From Pseudomonas phage BRkr, in the sequence record LC765218.1: a DNA stretch of 64,000 nucleotides. The stretch is one strand, 5' to 3'. The notes beneath the pieces were generated by a model. It was not told the DNA's origin, did not search any database, and saw only the letters and a list, made by a program, of their open reading frames with translations. Of this stretch, positions 9,611 through 20,500 are shown piece after piece. The position numbers were made by a program, and so were the translations under genes. The number at the start of each line of letters is the position of its first letter. Position 1 is the stretch's first letter.

Positions 9611-11317
9611 TTATGCTTGTTCTTCTTCTTCAGTTTCAGACTCAGTTTCTTCTTCACTGGCTTCTTCCTGCTCTTCTTCGACTTCTTCAGTCTCAGATTC
9701 AGTAGGAGTTTCATCAGCGTAAGGATCTTCTTCGTCTTCTACCTCCGGAGTTTCAGCCAGGGGACCTTCACCTTCTACTGCATCACCGACAGCATCGGCA
9801 ACTTCTTCACTAGTTGGTTCAGTGATTTCCTCTGGCACTTCTTCTGGTTCAGGAAGAGTTGCATTCGGATCAACATCAGGATTGAATGTTTCTACTTTGA
9901 TCTGCTGTGCTTGGAAAATAGCAATCAGCGAAATCAGAGCTTGAGTATTCAATTCACGTAGTTCTGCACCGGGGAAGTTTTGGCCATATTCATCGATAGT
10001 ATCGAGATACAGCTTATACATCGGTTCGATGTAGTAAGTACGGCAGATAAGATTACTGAATACGCAGTATGGATTATCCAGATCTTCGCGCCGAACGAAA
10101 CGCATGGCGGTAGCCAGTAGTTCACGTACGTTACCGATATTCATTTCACGTAAAGGACCTTCACCACAGTGTGCGAGGAAGGTATCAATAACGTCCTGCC
10201 GACGACGGCTCTCAGCGTAGTCGAGTGCCGCTTGTTTGATTAGCGGATATGTAGCGGTCCAGCGTTTGATGTAATGATCAGCACGTGCGTCAATGCCCTG
10301 TGCATGTACGACATTACCGCCATCAATAGCTGCACCAAGCAGAGCTTCAACAGAACCACCTTTAACGAGCCAGCTCTCAGCAACGTCACCGTTAAGAGTA
10401 ACAAGTACACGACGGTTTTCAACTGGGCGATGAGCTTCATAACGAAGTACAAGAGTATTAGACTCTCGCATTTCAAGACGATTCTCATACGCACGGATGA
10501 TGTAGAAACCAAGCATCTCATGGAGTAGACGAACCGTTTGTTCCCATTCTTCCGATGTTACGGATTCACCAGGTACTTCTTGTGGGTTCTCGATGTAATG
10601 ACCACAGATGAAATAAGCTAGAGTCAGTTCATCAAGATTAAACGGGAAAGCATTAGGATTGATAAAGCTCAGGTTAGAAACAGTCAAACCACGTGCAGTA
10701 CCAAATAGTTCACTCCAAACGTTTTCTACCCGTTGTGCCGGAATCTTAAGAGCCCATTCGGTAACTTGCTCTTGATCCAGGTGCGGGTTATTGATGGATA
10801 CCATCTCGATGATGGTAGCAGCATCAACCGGGCGAAGCATAAAGGTGCGATATTCCGGTAGAGGACGCACTTTAGCATAGCGAGTTTGGATGTGGTTAAC
10901 TAGACGAGGATCGTTATGAATCGGGTCGTAGTTGAAAGTGCTGACATCGCAATCCGCTTGAGAACTTACGTTCTGACGGGAGGCATAGTCAGTGGCCATT
11001 GCTTTAATAGCCGGAATGATAACGTTTTGAGTATTGAATTGAATCTTGGCAATAGCGGTATGCATATTGCTGATGATCGCTTCACGTTCTTCATTAACGT
11101 TCTCGGGTGCTTCAACGTTACTTTCGACAAAATGAGCTTCAACGGAAGCAGCCAGTTCATCGGACATTGCAACTTTATTACCTTCGGTTTCACAGTTGAA
11201 ACCGTCAGCATATACAGCTAGAGGGAACTCGGGGTTCGGAATTGTCAGAACACGTTCCTGTTCAGTGAATGCTTGAGCTGCATCGCGAACAGCGTCCAGA
11301 GTTTCGGGATTAAACAT
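9611..11317 (-). CDS. hypothetical protein (568 aa) with a ~70-aa poly-acidic (E/T/P-rich) C-terminal tail
   Basis: TAGGAG SD + ATG; C-terminus EEVEEEQEEASEEETESETEEEEQA. Confidence 0.55.
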   Translation of the reverse strand: MFNPETLDAVRDAAQAFTEQERVLTIPNPEFPLAVYADGFNCETEGNKVAMSDELAASVEAHFVESNVEAPENVNEEREAIISNMHTAIAKIQFNTQNVIIPAIKAMATDYASRQNVSSQADCDVSTFNYDPIHNDPRLVNHIQTRYAKVRPLPEYRTFMLRPVDAATIIEMVSINNPHLDQEQVTEWALKIPAQRVENVWSELFGTARGLTVSNLSFINPNAFPFNLDELTLAYFICGHYIENPQEVPGESVTSEEWEQTVRLLHEMLGFYIIRAYENRLEMRESNTLVLRYEAHRPVENRRVLVTLNGDVAESWLVKGGSVEALLGAAIDGGNVVHAQGIDARADHYIKRWTATYPLIKQAALDYAESRRRQDVIDTFLAHCGEGPLREMNIGNVRELLATAMRFVRREDLDNPYCVFSNLICRTYYIEPMYKLYLDTIDEYGQNFPGAELRELNTQALISLIAIFQAQQIKVETFNPDVDPNATLPEPEEVPEEITEPTSEEVADAVGDAVEGEGPLAETPEVEDEEDPYADETPTESETEEVEEEQEEASEEETESETEEEEQA

Positions 11318-11329
11318 GTTGACTCCTAA

Positions 11330-11524
11330 TTAACCGAGGAATTTGCACATACGGGCAACGATAGCTGCCTGAATATCTTCTTTGGTCAGATACTCACCTT
11401 CTAGAGTAGCTGCCGAGGTGTCACCGCCGATGGAGCGAAGCAAAGCTTCGGCTCCAAGTTCGGCAGCAGCAGTCAGAACAGCGATGTTCTGACTGAGTAC
11501 TACGTTGTTACTTTGATTTTGCAT
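11330..11524 (-). CDS. small acidic protein (64 aa); its start overlaps the last 17 nt of the RNAP beta-like gene
   Basis: ATG embedded in the ...ACAAATGCAAAATCAAAGTAA stop region; translational coupling is plausible. Confidence 0.35.
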   Translation of the reverse strand: MQNQSNNVVLSQNIAVLTAAAELGAEALLRSIGGDTSAATLEGEYLTKEDIQAAIVARMCKFLG

Positions 11525-14500
11525 TTGTGGTTCCTCGATAGAGAGCAGCTACGTGCTTGGAAAGAGCTTGCTGCAAGATTGTAGTGGTCGCAATCAGTTT
11601 AGGGGACATGACCATCCGTTCTTCAACCGAAGTGTTGCCGAAGATCAGACCAATCGGAGTACCGTCTTCACATTCGTTACGGCCATCCATTACCCGAGAG
11701 AATACAGTTTTCATCTGGTTCGCTACTACACCTTTGTCACCAGTACCACAAGGGATATCATGGTCGATGTAGATTCGGATAACCATGTTGTCAGGTTCAA
11801 GCATTTGACCTTTAACACGGAAGGATGCGTCGACTTCACCTGTGAATTCTGGTTCGTTCAACGACTTGGCCCTATCGGCTCTCTCTTTATCAGATGCTCT
11901 GGCTATCTTCTGAAGATTACTGGACATGTCTTCAATGTCACCATGATAGTAACATTCGATTTTAGAGATGGTCCCTACGACTTTAGCACGGGGTGCATTA
12001 GCCGAAAGTTTCTTCAGTGTTTCAATAGCAGCGGCACCAAACAGAGAGTTCTCGGCCATTTCGGGGTCTTGAATAGTACATAGAATTGAATCCAAGTCTA
12101 CGTGTTCTCCAACTTTGACCAAATTCTCAATCGACTGATCAAATCGAACAGTAATGTTCTTGATGTCAGTTGTCTGAGTATTAAGCTTAATAGCCACGTC
12201 TTTACTAATAACAGATCCGTCTTCAAGTGTATCAAGGTTATCGCAGAATGCAACACGAACCATGACACCAGCTTTCCAAAGAACTTGTCCAGGGGTATAA
12301 CGATCTTCGGTAAAATACTTACTATTGAAAGTAAGCGTATCACCGCGTTTGAACTTATCACCCTTCTTAAGTGTGGTAACGAGAGTATGCGGATAGTTTA
12401 CACCCGCAGCAGTACCATGGACGGTTCCAAGCTGAGAACTAAAGATCTCACCGTCAGCATATTTAACTGTAATGCCATGACCGTCTACTGCAATCACCTC
12501 TCCATCTTGTTCGGCGGCAGACGCAAAGATCGAACTGGTACGTTGAGCGATAATCTGCTCATAACCAGTGCGAAGAGGAGTTACCTCATAGCCATCTGCA
12601 TAGATACCTTGCTGTTGCTGAATACTAACGAAGTTAATCCGTTTCGGATCATCGTTTGTTGTAGCAACCCCGGTGAGAGCACCGGTAGATAGCATCTTAG
12701 CGGCGCCATCCTTACCTTTCTCAAACAACCGAGTTGTACCACGCATGCTGTTGAAGTTAGCATCAGGAGATAGATAAGCGATTACACCCACATCACCAGA
12801 GTCTACAGTGGATTCAGAAACTACACCCACGTCAGATTCATGGTAGATACGTGTACGGGCAACCATTGAAGTCGACCCACGACCACCATCACCACGATAA
12901 GTCATGGCTTCTTGCTCACGCAAGTTAGCGATTGGGTTAGAATCTTCAATAGTAGCTACGGTTGGGTCAGATGCAATCTTACGCCAAACTTCGTGTTGGT
13001 CCATCACGATCTGTTGATCCGCAGAACCTTCACGGTTGTTGTAGATACGAACAGCGCGGTTCAGACTACCGTAGATAGTTCCTGCCATGCGTTCATAACC
13101 ACGATAGCGCATATATGCACCATCTACTTCTGCTGGTGACCAGTCATTAGTTAGCAACTCTACGGAACGATACAGTAGCCCTTGGAAATCAGTAGGCTCT
13201 TTCATTTCTTCCAGAAGACCTTTTGTGATCGGGTCAACGAAAGAAGTAAACAAGCCATCGATTTCACGAGTGTATCGGGCAGACATACCAGCTTCTTCTA
13301 ATAGACGGAAGTAAACATCACGCCGGTCAAAGTCCCATCGAGAGAACTTCTTCAAAGATTGATGGTAACGTTTCAGCCCGGACAACACCAATGTCGCACG
13401 ATAATCTTGACGACTGAATACAAGGATCTCGTCAGAGAATGCCAGTGTATAATCATCAGGACTAACACTAATGCGAGTGCCACGCGGATGGCTCTGGTAT
13501 TGAACTCCAAGTGTATCAAGTAGAGTGGACAGGCCTTGGCGATAACCAAGAATGAAACCAAGTGGAAGCTCTTTGTTAGCAACTGAAACTAGAATAGCTT
13601 CAAGAGGAGCTTTAACCTGATTAAGACCTAGGATATCTACCATGGTGCCCATGGGTTCAAGTTCATTACCTTCTTTAACATAGAACTGAGACGAGCTGTC
13701 AACTAGAATAGGTAACCGATTATGGGCGCCTACTACAACCATCCCATCTTTCTCTAATGCTTCTACCGAAATACCGTAAGTCTTTTGGAAATATTCGGCA
13801 TGGTCATCGAACTTAAAATAGAACTCATTTGCTCCGTTCTTGAAAGAACGATAAGCTCTACCCAATGCAGAGTACACTCGCGGTAGAACGAACATAGACT
13901 GGTCTAGTTCTGCATAACGCACCTCAGTTACAGAGACATCGTTATTATCTCTTGCCCTAACACCAATCTGTCGAATCAACCAAGTATCGTAGTTGTTTTC
14001 TGCTCGTTCAGAACGTGTAACGAATGTCTTATTGTAATAACTTGTCAGAGCAACTTTAAGTGGGTTTACTTTACGGATTGGAATATCCGCACGTTGCAGA
14101 CGCTGACGATAAGTTACACCATTAGAACGGAAACGTCCATCGCGATCGATAACTGGAATACGGAAGCGCAGTTGAGAAGGTCGGCCACGAATAGGCTTGA
14201 CTGTTACAGTGAACGACTGATAATGGTTCATCGCGTCACGTACTTCTTCCATACGAACATCAGTTACTGCGACACCTTGTGCTTGAACAGACAAGATAGA
14301 TTGCATGATGTCTTTAGGTAGAAGAGTCTTCGTGTACTTACGCATCATCGATTTGTGAATAGAACCCAACATCGATTTATCAGTAATCGTGGATTTATCA
14401 GCAAACTGTTCGACTGGTACTTTAAAGTCTTCTTCTTCATAAACCATCGCCTCAGCGATAGTTTTACCAGATCCAAATGGATCAGGAATAGACTTGTACA

Positions 14501-15869
14501 TAGAAGCATCATCAACGGCTTGTTCAAACGAACGACCAGAGATCATGCCAACTTGATACAGTTCAAATGCTTTTTGTCCAACAGGGTCTACTAAAGCGTC
14601 ACCGCTGCTAAAAGCAGGTACGACCGATTTAGTTACCGGGGCTGTCTCTACTTTGAGAGTTGGTGTTTTATTGATCGGCGCCGTTTCGAGCGGATCTTTC
14701 TCGATGACGAGAGTAGTTTTCTCAAGCTCAGATTCAGGCGGTGGATCATAAACAACTTCGAGCATCCCGAGATCGAGTAATGTGCTAACATTAGATCCAG
14801 TTGCATTGGAATCATCGATCGCATCAATGTCGTTAGCTTCTTCAGTTTCTTCAGCACGTTCTGTAACTTCTTCGACTTCTTCGTCGTCTGTGTCAACCTT
14901 ATCTTCGGGTTCGATCAGGTCAGTGATCTTTGGAGTTTCAGGTTCGACTTCCATTAGAGTGTCGTTACCATTATTGAACTCAACCAAAGTAGTCAACAGG
15001 CTGATAACTCGACGTTGCATTACATCCGGTTTATAGAAAACTTCAAGACCGAGTTCATCCACAAAACTTTCAGTAGCTACTGTCTCTTGTTCCGCTATTA
15101 CTTCTGGAGCATCACGCCATGCTTCAAGTTGTCCAAGGTTAATAACAAAGAAGTTATTCTGGACACGAATCAGGAAGTTAATCTTTTCGTAAGCTTCTTT
15201 AGGTACGATCGACATATAAGACGAAGATCGATTATCACCAAGGAAACGATAAAGATCGAAAACGTTTAATACAGCGTTAGTACGGAATTTCTCAAGTAGT
15301 GCCTGAGTGGTACCGCGCTCTAACATCTTAAATTCATTAAACGTTGGCATGAATTCCGGAATATGGAGTTCGATGAACTGATTCCAACCAAAGCGTTTAT
15401 GTACATCGACAACACCTTTCCAGAAGGTAGCGGTGTTGTTACTCCAGCGATACCAGTTAGATTTGAAATTAGCTTGGTACTTCCAGAGTGGGTTTAGCAT
15501 GCTGTAGTTAAACACAGCAACGTTTTGAATATTGAGTTTTACAGCCGCATCTTTACGCAGTGGTTTGAAGAAACGGTGTTGGCGACGGAAATCAGCTTCA
15601 AGGGTAGTCGGAATAAGAGAAGTACGCCGAGCGTTACCATCGAGTGTTTCTAGCTGTGTAATGTGTTCAATGAACACCTTTCCCTGCAACTTAGCAAAGA
15701 GGGGGTCCGATTGACTCGGACCCTTTACAGCAGCGTTGTCATCAAGGAACTGATACACTACCTCTTGGGGTAGCTCTAGCTTCGTCAACGGGAACAGACG
15801 AGGACGCAGTAGTTCGCCTGAGTTTCGAAGACTGTAATTCTTCAGAAACTGATGAATTTTCAAACGCAT
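11508..15869 (-). CDS. multisubunit RNA polymerase beta-like subunit (C-terminal-half homolog, 1453 aa; phiKZ gp180-like virion RNAP subunit)
   Basis: C-terminus VIRIYIDHDIPCGTGDKGVV...CEDGTPIGLIFGNTSVEERMVM aligns with E. coli RpoB [28 protein letters not shown]...[23 protein letters not shown] with identical spacing; ANLREQEAM resembles the RpoB ANMQRQAV segment. Confidence 0.8.
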   Translation of the reverse strand: MRLKIHQFLKNYSLRNSGELLRPRLFPLTKLELPQEVVYQFLDDNAAVKGPSQSDPLFAKLQGKVFIEHITQLETLDGNARRTSLIPTTLEADFRRQHRFFKPLRKDAAVKLNIQNVAVFNYSMLNPLWKYQANFKSNWYRWSNNTATFWKGVVDVHKRFGWNQFIELHIPEFMPTFNEFKMLERGTTQALLEKFRTNAVLNVFDLYRFLGDNRSSSYMSIVPKEAYEKINFLIRVQNNFFVINLGQLEAWRDAPEVIAEQETVATESFVDELGLEVFYKPDVMQRRVISLLTTLVEFNNGNDTLMEVEPETPKITDLIEPEDKVDTDDEEVEEVTERAEETEEANDIDAIDDSNATGSNVSTLLDLGMLEVVYDPPPESELEKTTLVIEKDPLETAPINKTPTLKVETAPVTKSVVPAFSSGDALVDPVGQKAFELYQVGMISGRSFEQAVDDASMYKSIPDPFGSGKTIAEAMVYEEEDFKVPVEQFADKSTITDKSMLGSIHKSMMRKYTKTLLPKDIMQSILSVQAQGVAVTDVRMEEVRDAMNHYQSFTVTVKPIRGRPSQLRFRIPVIDRDGRFRSNGVTYRQRLQRADIPIRKVNPLKVALTSYYNKTFVTRSERAENNYDTWLIRQIGVRARDNNDVSVTEVRYAELDQSMFVLPRVYSALGRAYRSFKNGANEFYFKFDDHAEYFQKTYGISVEALEKDGMVVVGAHNRLPILVDSSSQFYVKEGNELEPMGTMVDILGLNQVKAPLEAILVSVANKELPLGFILGYRQGLSTLLDTLGVQYQSHPRGTRISVSPDDYTLAFSDEILVFSRQDYRATLVLSGLKRYHQSLKKFSRWDFDRRDVYFRLLEEAGMSARYTREIDGLFTSFVDPITKGLLEEMKEPTDFQGLLYRSVELLTNDWSPAEVDGAYMRYRGYERMAGTIYGSLNRAVRIYNNREGSADQQIVMDQHEVWRKIASDPTVATIEDSNPIANLREQEAMTYRGDGGRGSTSMVARTRIYHESDVGVVSESTVDSGDVGVIAYLSPDANFNSMRGTTRLFEKGKDGAAKMLSTGALTGVATTNDDPKRINFVSIQQQQGIYADGYEVTPLRTGYEQIIAQRTSSIFASAAEQDGEVIAVDGHGITVKYADGEIFSSQLGTVHGTAAGVNYPHTLVTTLKKGDKFKRGDTLTFNSKYFTEDRYTPGQVLWKAGVMVRVAFCDNLDTLEDGSVISKDVAIKLNTQTTDIKNITVRFDQSIENLVKVGEHVDLDSILCTIQDPEMAENSLFGAAAIETLKKLSANAPRAKVVGTISKIECYYHGDIEDMSSNLQKIARASDKERADRAKSLNEPEFTGEVDASFRVKGQMLEPDNMVIRIYIDHDIPCGTGDKGVVANQMKTVFSRVMDGRNECEDGTPIGLIFGNTSVEERMVMSPKLIATTTILQQALSKHVAALYRGTTNAKSK

Positions 15870-15871
15870 GG

Positions 15872-17524
15872 TTAAATCCTACTTTTCGGTTCCCCAGTCA
15901 TATACCGGAGAGTTAGATTAAGCGTGTGGATGTTGACACTGAATGCAAGACCACCACCAGCCTTGATATAAGCTAAACGAGATTTAAAGAATCGATCGGA
16001 TTCTTCAATAGCCTCTTTAGAATACACGGCGTTGAATGACACAGTGTCACCGTCGAAGTCCGCACCAAGAGGAGCAAGAATAGACGGGGAAATAGACGTG
16101 GAGTCATGCCATTGCGCCGGTTCGTTAATAGTGATGATTGGATATTCTAATGCGATCTCAGCATTAGTATCTCGTTCCCAGTCCCAACCAAGTGGGTAGC
16201 GCATCTCACCTTTAACAGTTGTCTTCACGTACATCTTTACAGGAATAGAACTGTTATAGTTCTCAACAGGGTAACGAGTAACGAATGCGGAGTTTCTTTT
16301 CCACATAGGTAATCCGCTTAGGTAAATCAATTCAGCATAGGAAATAGGACGCACGAACTTCTTGTCGAGCTTCTTCGGCATTTCTTCAATATCCCTAAAG
16401 ATCTTGAAGTTTTGCTTGTCATCAAGATAGACCAATGCCAAATAATGCCCAGCGATCTCAATTGCACGAGAACGCTTTTCGATGACCTTTAGTTCACCAA
16501 TAACGCGTTCAAGACCTTCGGGAGTTCCCCATATGTCCATCTCTTCGTTACTAATATTAACCCATTCCAGTTTCAATGTCTTCTTATTGATAAGCTCAAC
16601 ACGAGTAGAGAGACTATCGAAGACTTGACCGACAACACCATTGCGTAAATGGTAAATAGTCTTTGGTTTAACGGATACAGCTGCTTGATAAATACCAATT
16701 ACGGCATCTTTGAACTTAGGACGGTTTGGCTGATCAAGATCAGCAGCATTGGTATCAAGCGAACTAATAACGTTACGAGTACCATTAAATACTCGACGAG
16801 ATGCCCATTTCTGTTGAATATAACCACCCTTGCCAGATAATAGGTTTTCGTAATGGTTATAAATCGCAAGAGCAGTCAACTGCATCGAAGTACGCTTACG
16901 ATCATAAATACTCAGATCGTCATTAGGTCCGAAATATTCAGGGACACCATAAGACTGGTTAAGCAGATATCGATAGTGTTCGTTAACTTCGTCCATCGAT
17001 ACACGGCCATCAACATCAATCTCGGCCTCACGATATGCAGCTGGAATAACGAGCATGTTTTTGAATGTACAGTTTTTCATGTACTTCTTCATCAACTCTA
17101 CCCGTACTCGACGAATAGATGATTTAGTTTCACCGAAATCGATCTTCTTCCAGTTATCAAAGAAAAAGGCGTAACCGGTTTTACCTTCAAGCTCATTGGA
17201 ACGTACGAAGTCTTTAGCAACTGGATCAAATACAGCGAATGATTTACCAAGAATGATCTCTTCGTAGAAAGCCTTTAGTTTAATAAGGTTACGATAGATC
17301 ACAGGGTGGATAATCTCAAGACCCATGTTGATATAACCGAATCGACCTTCACGTTCAGTAGAGCCTACTCGTCCGAAAATCTCTACGGAGAATAAACCTT
17401 TCTCATGAAAGTTACCACCGGTACCTTCGAAGATCTCGTGGCTAGTTACTTGTCCCAACATCGAAAGCTGTGCTTGGGTCGGAATCAAAAGATCAATGTT
17501 GAATGGGACTAGTGCCTTCTTCAT
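15872..17524 (-). CDS. multisubunit RNA polymerase beta-prime N-terminal-like subunit (550 aa; phiKZ gp178-like)
   Basis: GLFSVEIFGRV / RFGYINMGLEIIHPVIY (RpoC GLFCARIFGPV / RMGHIELAAPVAHIWF), RRVFNGTRNVISS (RpoC KRVDYSGRSVITV), and LGADFDGDTVSFNAV (catalytic NADFDGD); 2-nt gap to the downstream beta-like gene. Confidence 0.8.
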   Translation of the reverse strand: MKKALVPFNIDLLIPTQAQLSMLGQVTSHEIFEGTGGNFHEKGLFSVEIFGRVGSTEREGRFGYINMGLEIIHPVIYRNLIKLKAFYEEIILGKSFAVFDPVAKDFVRSNELEGKTGYAFFFDNWKKIDFGETKSSIRRVRVELMKKYMKNCTFKNMLVIPAAYREAEIDVDGRVSMDEVNEHYRYLLNQSYGVPEYFGPNDDLSIYDRKRTSMQLTALAIYNHYENLLSGKGGYIQQKWASRRVFNGTRNVISSLDTNAADLDQPNRPKFKDAVIGIYQAAVSVKPKTIYHLRNGVVGQVFDSLSTRVELINKKTLKLEWVNISNEEMDIWGTPEGLERVIGELKVIEKRSRAIEIAGHYLALVYLDDKQNFKIFRDIEEMPKKLDKKFVRPISYAELIYLSGLPMWKRNSAFVTRYPVENYNSSIPVKMYVKTTVKGEMRYPLGWDWERDTNAEIALEYPIITINEPAQWHDSTSISPSILAPLGADFDGDTVSFNAVYSKEAIEESDRFFKSRLAYIKAGGGLAFSVNIHTLNLTLRYMTGEPKSRI

Positions 17525-17591
17525 TTCAAATTTCCTCTTAGGGGTTACAAAAAGCTAAACGATATGATTGTTTATATCGATGGAGTTGACC

Positions 17592-20500
17592 ATGGCTACA
17601 AAAAAGACCAAGCTGCCAAAACCTGCTGGGATGAATGCCCAGAACAGAATTGGTGTACTTGACCTTAATGAGCTGGACGACCTGTTTGATGATGTCGGTG
17701 AAACCACCAAACCTGGTGATCCAGTAACCGATTTCAAATCTGGTCTGAAAGAGGGCTTCCTCGGTGGATTGAAAACCAAAGACATCGTAAGGAATTTCTT
17801 ACGAAGCGCAGCGCCTGATGGTTTCGCGCGTCTTTTTGGTGCCTATGATGATGTAATGGCTTCGGTAACCGATATCAAAGATACGGTCGAAAGAGTCAAT
17901 GCATCCGACCTAGATTACCTTGGTCGTAAAGCACAGGATTATCTACCCCAGTTAAAAGATCGCATTCCAAATGCCTTATACGAAAATATCTCTGATACGC
18001 TCACCAGAAAGGTTGAACAATATCAGTACGAAGTGGATTCCCAAAGGGACCAAATCGCTATTCGTCGTCGTCGGCAAGAAAATGATGATGCAAATGTAAT
18101 TAAAGCTGCTCTCGATCAGAATACGCTGGTAAGCAGAGAAAACTTCCAACGTAGTGAACAGGGTGCAGTTGCCCGCGCTGCCGTTGAAAGAGCAGAACGT
18201 GGAATTCGTGATAAAGTAAGTGCTGGACGCTTTGACTTTATGTCCCGTTCGATGGGGATGGCTGTAGATAGTCTAACTCGTCTTGTAGGATATAACGAAC
18301 AAGTTAATTATGGAATTCAACGTAAAGGCCTTGAACTTCAGTTCCGTACCTACATGGGTATTAGGGATCTTGTTAAAGTACAAGAAGCTAATCTTGAATT
18401 GCAGAATAAGGCTTATGAAGCATTAGTTCGTAATACCGGCTTACCAGACTACAAGAAAGGCAATGTTGGCGATCTAACCAGTTTTGGTTCAGGTCGCGGC
18501 CGGGGCAACATGCTCGGACGCCTAGCTGGCGGAGCTGCACAGGGCCTTCATGGCTTCTTGGGTAGTTATGGTAACAAAGTAAACGAACGTGTTGCCAGCG
18601 GCCTGGGCGGACGTCTATCGGAGATCGTAGCCGGTCTACGCATGGGCGATATGGCTGGTTCATCCGTTTGGGATAATCGCTATAAGTTCGCTGGTCAAAT
18701 CGCAGGTGAATACGGTGCCGATATCCTTAAGTCGTCTATTGTTCCATGGGCAGGTCGTAAAGTTCGTCCGACTATGGAAAAACTATCCAACCGTTTTGGT
18801 GGACGCCATCATCAGGTAGGGTATGCCCTAGACAACGTTCCAGCATATCTACAAGAGTTCGTTAATAACTACCAAAACACTTATGGTTTCCGTGGCGTTA
18901 TCCGTGATGCTATTATGCCATTCGTTCCTCAGTACCACATGAACGATCGTTTGGAAAACGGAAACTATCAAACAATTGATCAAGGCACGGCCTTTAACCA
19001 ATTGACGCAGCGTAGTATCGTTGAAGTCATCCCAGGTTACCTGTCTCGCCAGCTTCAAGAATTGCGAATGATTCGCACTGGTCGTGATGATATCGAGCGT
19101 GAAGTATTCGATATTACAACTGGTCGATTCGAAGTTCAATCGCTGTCGGATGATCGTCTTCAGAAGAAGATTATTCCAGCAGCAGCAATTCGAAGTGCGA
19201 GTGGTGCCATTAATGACACATTGAACTTGATGGATGAAGAGGGTAAACTTTCTCCAGCTGCACGTAAGGCACTTGGTGAACGTATGCTTCGCGATGCATC
19301 TACAAACCGTAGATTTGATCCAGAAGCTTACCTTAAATCCGGCGGTTATATGGATGGCTTAGATGCCACCACCACAGATGAAATTCAAAGGTTCTTCAAG
19401 AGTAAGTTCCAGTACGACGATAAAGGTAAAATGGCGGATAACGCTGATAACCATCGTCTACGTGATGAATACTCGCGTGCCTTCCTCGATATTCGTTCTG
19501 TAAGTCGTGACCCAGTTAAAGAAGTACATCGTCTAATTAATGCCGGTCAAACCGAGCCTCTTCGGATGCTTGGCATTATCATTACTGAACAAGGTCAAGA
19601 TAGAATAAACTATAACCGTATTTGGGAAATCATGCGCTCCGGCGTGACTGATACAAACCCATGGGTTAATGGTGACTATCAACCTGAAGCTTCTGGTGAT
19701 ATGAATGATAAGAACTTCTTTGGTCCTGCTTACCCAGGTGCAGCTAAAGCCAATGCGCTTAATGCAATGCACCGCTTCCGGAATAAGCATGCTCCACAGG
19801 AAGATCGAATCAAGAAAGAACTATCTCGCTACAGCCGTATTGCACAGGGGAAATTCCAGTACCTGAACAATAAGCACGGCGCCGGTATACATGACTTTGC
19901 TAACAACATGCGTAATGGTCAATTTGGTCCTTACGTTGCTGGTCTGCAAGGAGCTTGGAATGATGCGAGTGTAATGGGTCAAGATCTCTATTCTAAGACA
20001 CGTGCTAAGTTTGGAGAACACATGGATCAGTTCCAGAATGATCCAACCCAATATGCAATCGGTCAGAAAGATAAGATCATTGATGTGTTCACGAAGTTTA
20101 ATCCAAATGAACCCATCATTAAAGGTATTGATTTTGTTCAAGGTAACCTTGTTGACTTTAATACTAAAAAGATTATCGAATCTGTACACGACATTACCGG
20201 TAAGGTTGTTTCTACAACTGGCATGACGGTTCTAACAGCATCTGAAGTTGCCCAGGGTCTGTTTGATAAGAAAGGAATGCGTCTTGAATTACCTGCCTTC
20301 ATGAGCAATGCAGCGGACAAAATCCGCGGTGCTCTAATGGGTGGACAAACTCCTCCTGCTCAACAGTTTGCTGAAGGTGAAAACGCACAGCAAAAACAAG
20401 CAGCTGAAGATGATAAGCATGACTGGTATTTGGATGGTGAGCAAGAACCTACTATCTCTGCTCGTGGTCTAAAGAACGGTGAATACTTCAACGCAGATGG

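Noticed and set aside
9611-9750. GAA/GAG-rich low-complexity DNA that might look like a tandem repeat
   Set aside because: It is in-frame coding for the poly-Glu tail of the 568-aa protein and is not a non-coding repeat.
11553-15714. Plus-strand ORFs inside the RNAP beta-like gene and 16649-17122 inside the beta-prime-like gene
   Set aside because: They are antisense to genes with clear RNAP homology and have no start context.
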